NCBI GenBank assembly: GCA_021813445.1
Contig: JAKAKP010000059.1
Span: forward strand, 20,002-84,001
Reading direction: 5' to 3'
Length of the DNA: 64,000 nt
Source: Deltaproteobacteria bacterium
GTDB taxonomy: Bacteria; Desulfobacterota; Desulfobaccia; Desulfobaccales; 0-14-0-80-60-11
Part shown: piece by piece, positions 63,651-64,000 of the stretch
How positions within the stretch are numbered: the stretch's first letter is position 1
Layout: the number at the start of each line of letters is the position of its first letter
Position numbers and translations under genes: made by a program
The notes under the pieces: generated by a model
What the model was told of the DNA's origin: nothing
Seen by the model: the letters and a program-made list of their open reading frames with translations, nothing else
Database searches by the model: none

Positions 63651-64000
63651 CTATAGTTTATTGCTACCATATTCCAACAGAAAAGACAACGCAGTCTATG
63701 CGGGTCTCACACCCGAGCAAAGATTCTAATTAACCCCCCAGGCAGGCTGACTTTCTATATCTCTGGAAAATGATGGCCCCACTTAAGGGGTTTGAATTAA
63801 TTTTAGTTGTCGCAATTTTTTTTCCAATTCATATATGGTGAAGAACCCGGTTTGCCAAAACTTCCTTACCGGAAGAGTTTAGAAAGATTTGGGTAGGCAC
63901 GAATACTACCCGACATTTCATGAAAGCAACAACATCATCATCATTGGGGACTTCTCTTCGGGGTTTTAAAGACGGTGACGATATACTCGTAGAGGTCGCG

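Overview
High-GC bacterial chromosomal segment. The gene content (HdrA/MvhD/MetVF, sigma-54 regulators, many PAS sensors) suggests an anaerobic Desulfobacterota-like organism, but that is inference only. Three blocks. (1) 1-21.4 kb is housekeeping: the start of the dcw cluster on the minus strand (murE partial, ftsI, ftsL, rsmH, mraZ with a recognisable MraZ operator), ruvX, a large GAF/PAS/HD-GYP protein, a GDPD phosphodiesterase, an acyl-activating/carrier/acyltransferase tri-domain fusion, aconitase, a GxxExxY gene cassette flanked by inverted repeats, Usp, a YhaM-like HD protein, an RpoD-like sigma factor, DksA/TraR and a sigma-54 enhancer-binding protein. (2) 21.7-31.6 kb is a divergently transcribed operon with a near-consensus sigma-54 promoter: Cys-less TusA-like, MetF paralog, double-module HdrA-like, MvhD, MetV, MetF, then a response regulator and two PAS histidine kinases. 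(3) 31.6-58.3 kb is a 26.6 kb co-directional phage-derived cluster with a lysis cassette, a Mu-like head/packaging module and a P2-like contractile tail. It has no integrase, transposase, repressor or replication genes. Its first gene, a g-type lysozyme, is fused in frame to a histidine kinase truncated inside its ATPase domain. Its last genes are a decayed diversity-generating retroelement: an Mtd-like target with a VR-like 3' end, a frameshifted avd stub fused to only the C-terminus of the reverse transcriptase, and no TR. The remainder (58.4-64 kb) is host genes on the minus strand (YkgJ-type Cys-cluster protein, ClC/CBS channel, cytidylate-kinase-like protein, TauE/SafE). No rRNA, tRNA or CRISPR array was recognised. 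Many long ORFs in the six-frame track are GC-driven antisense shadows and were rejected.
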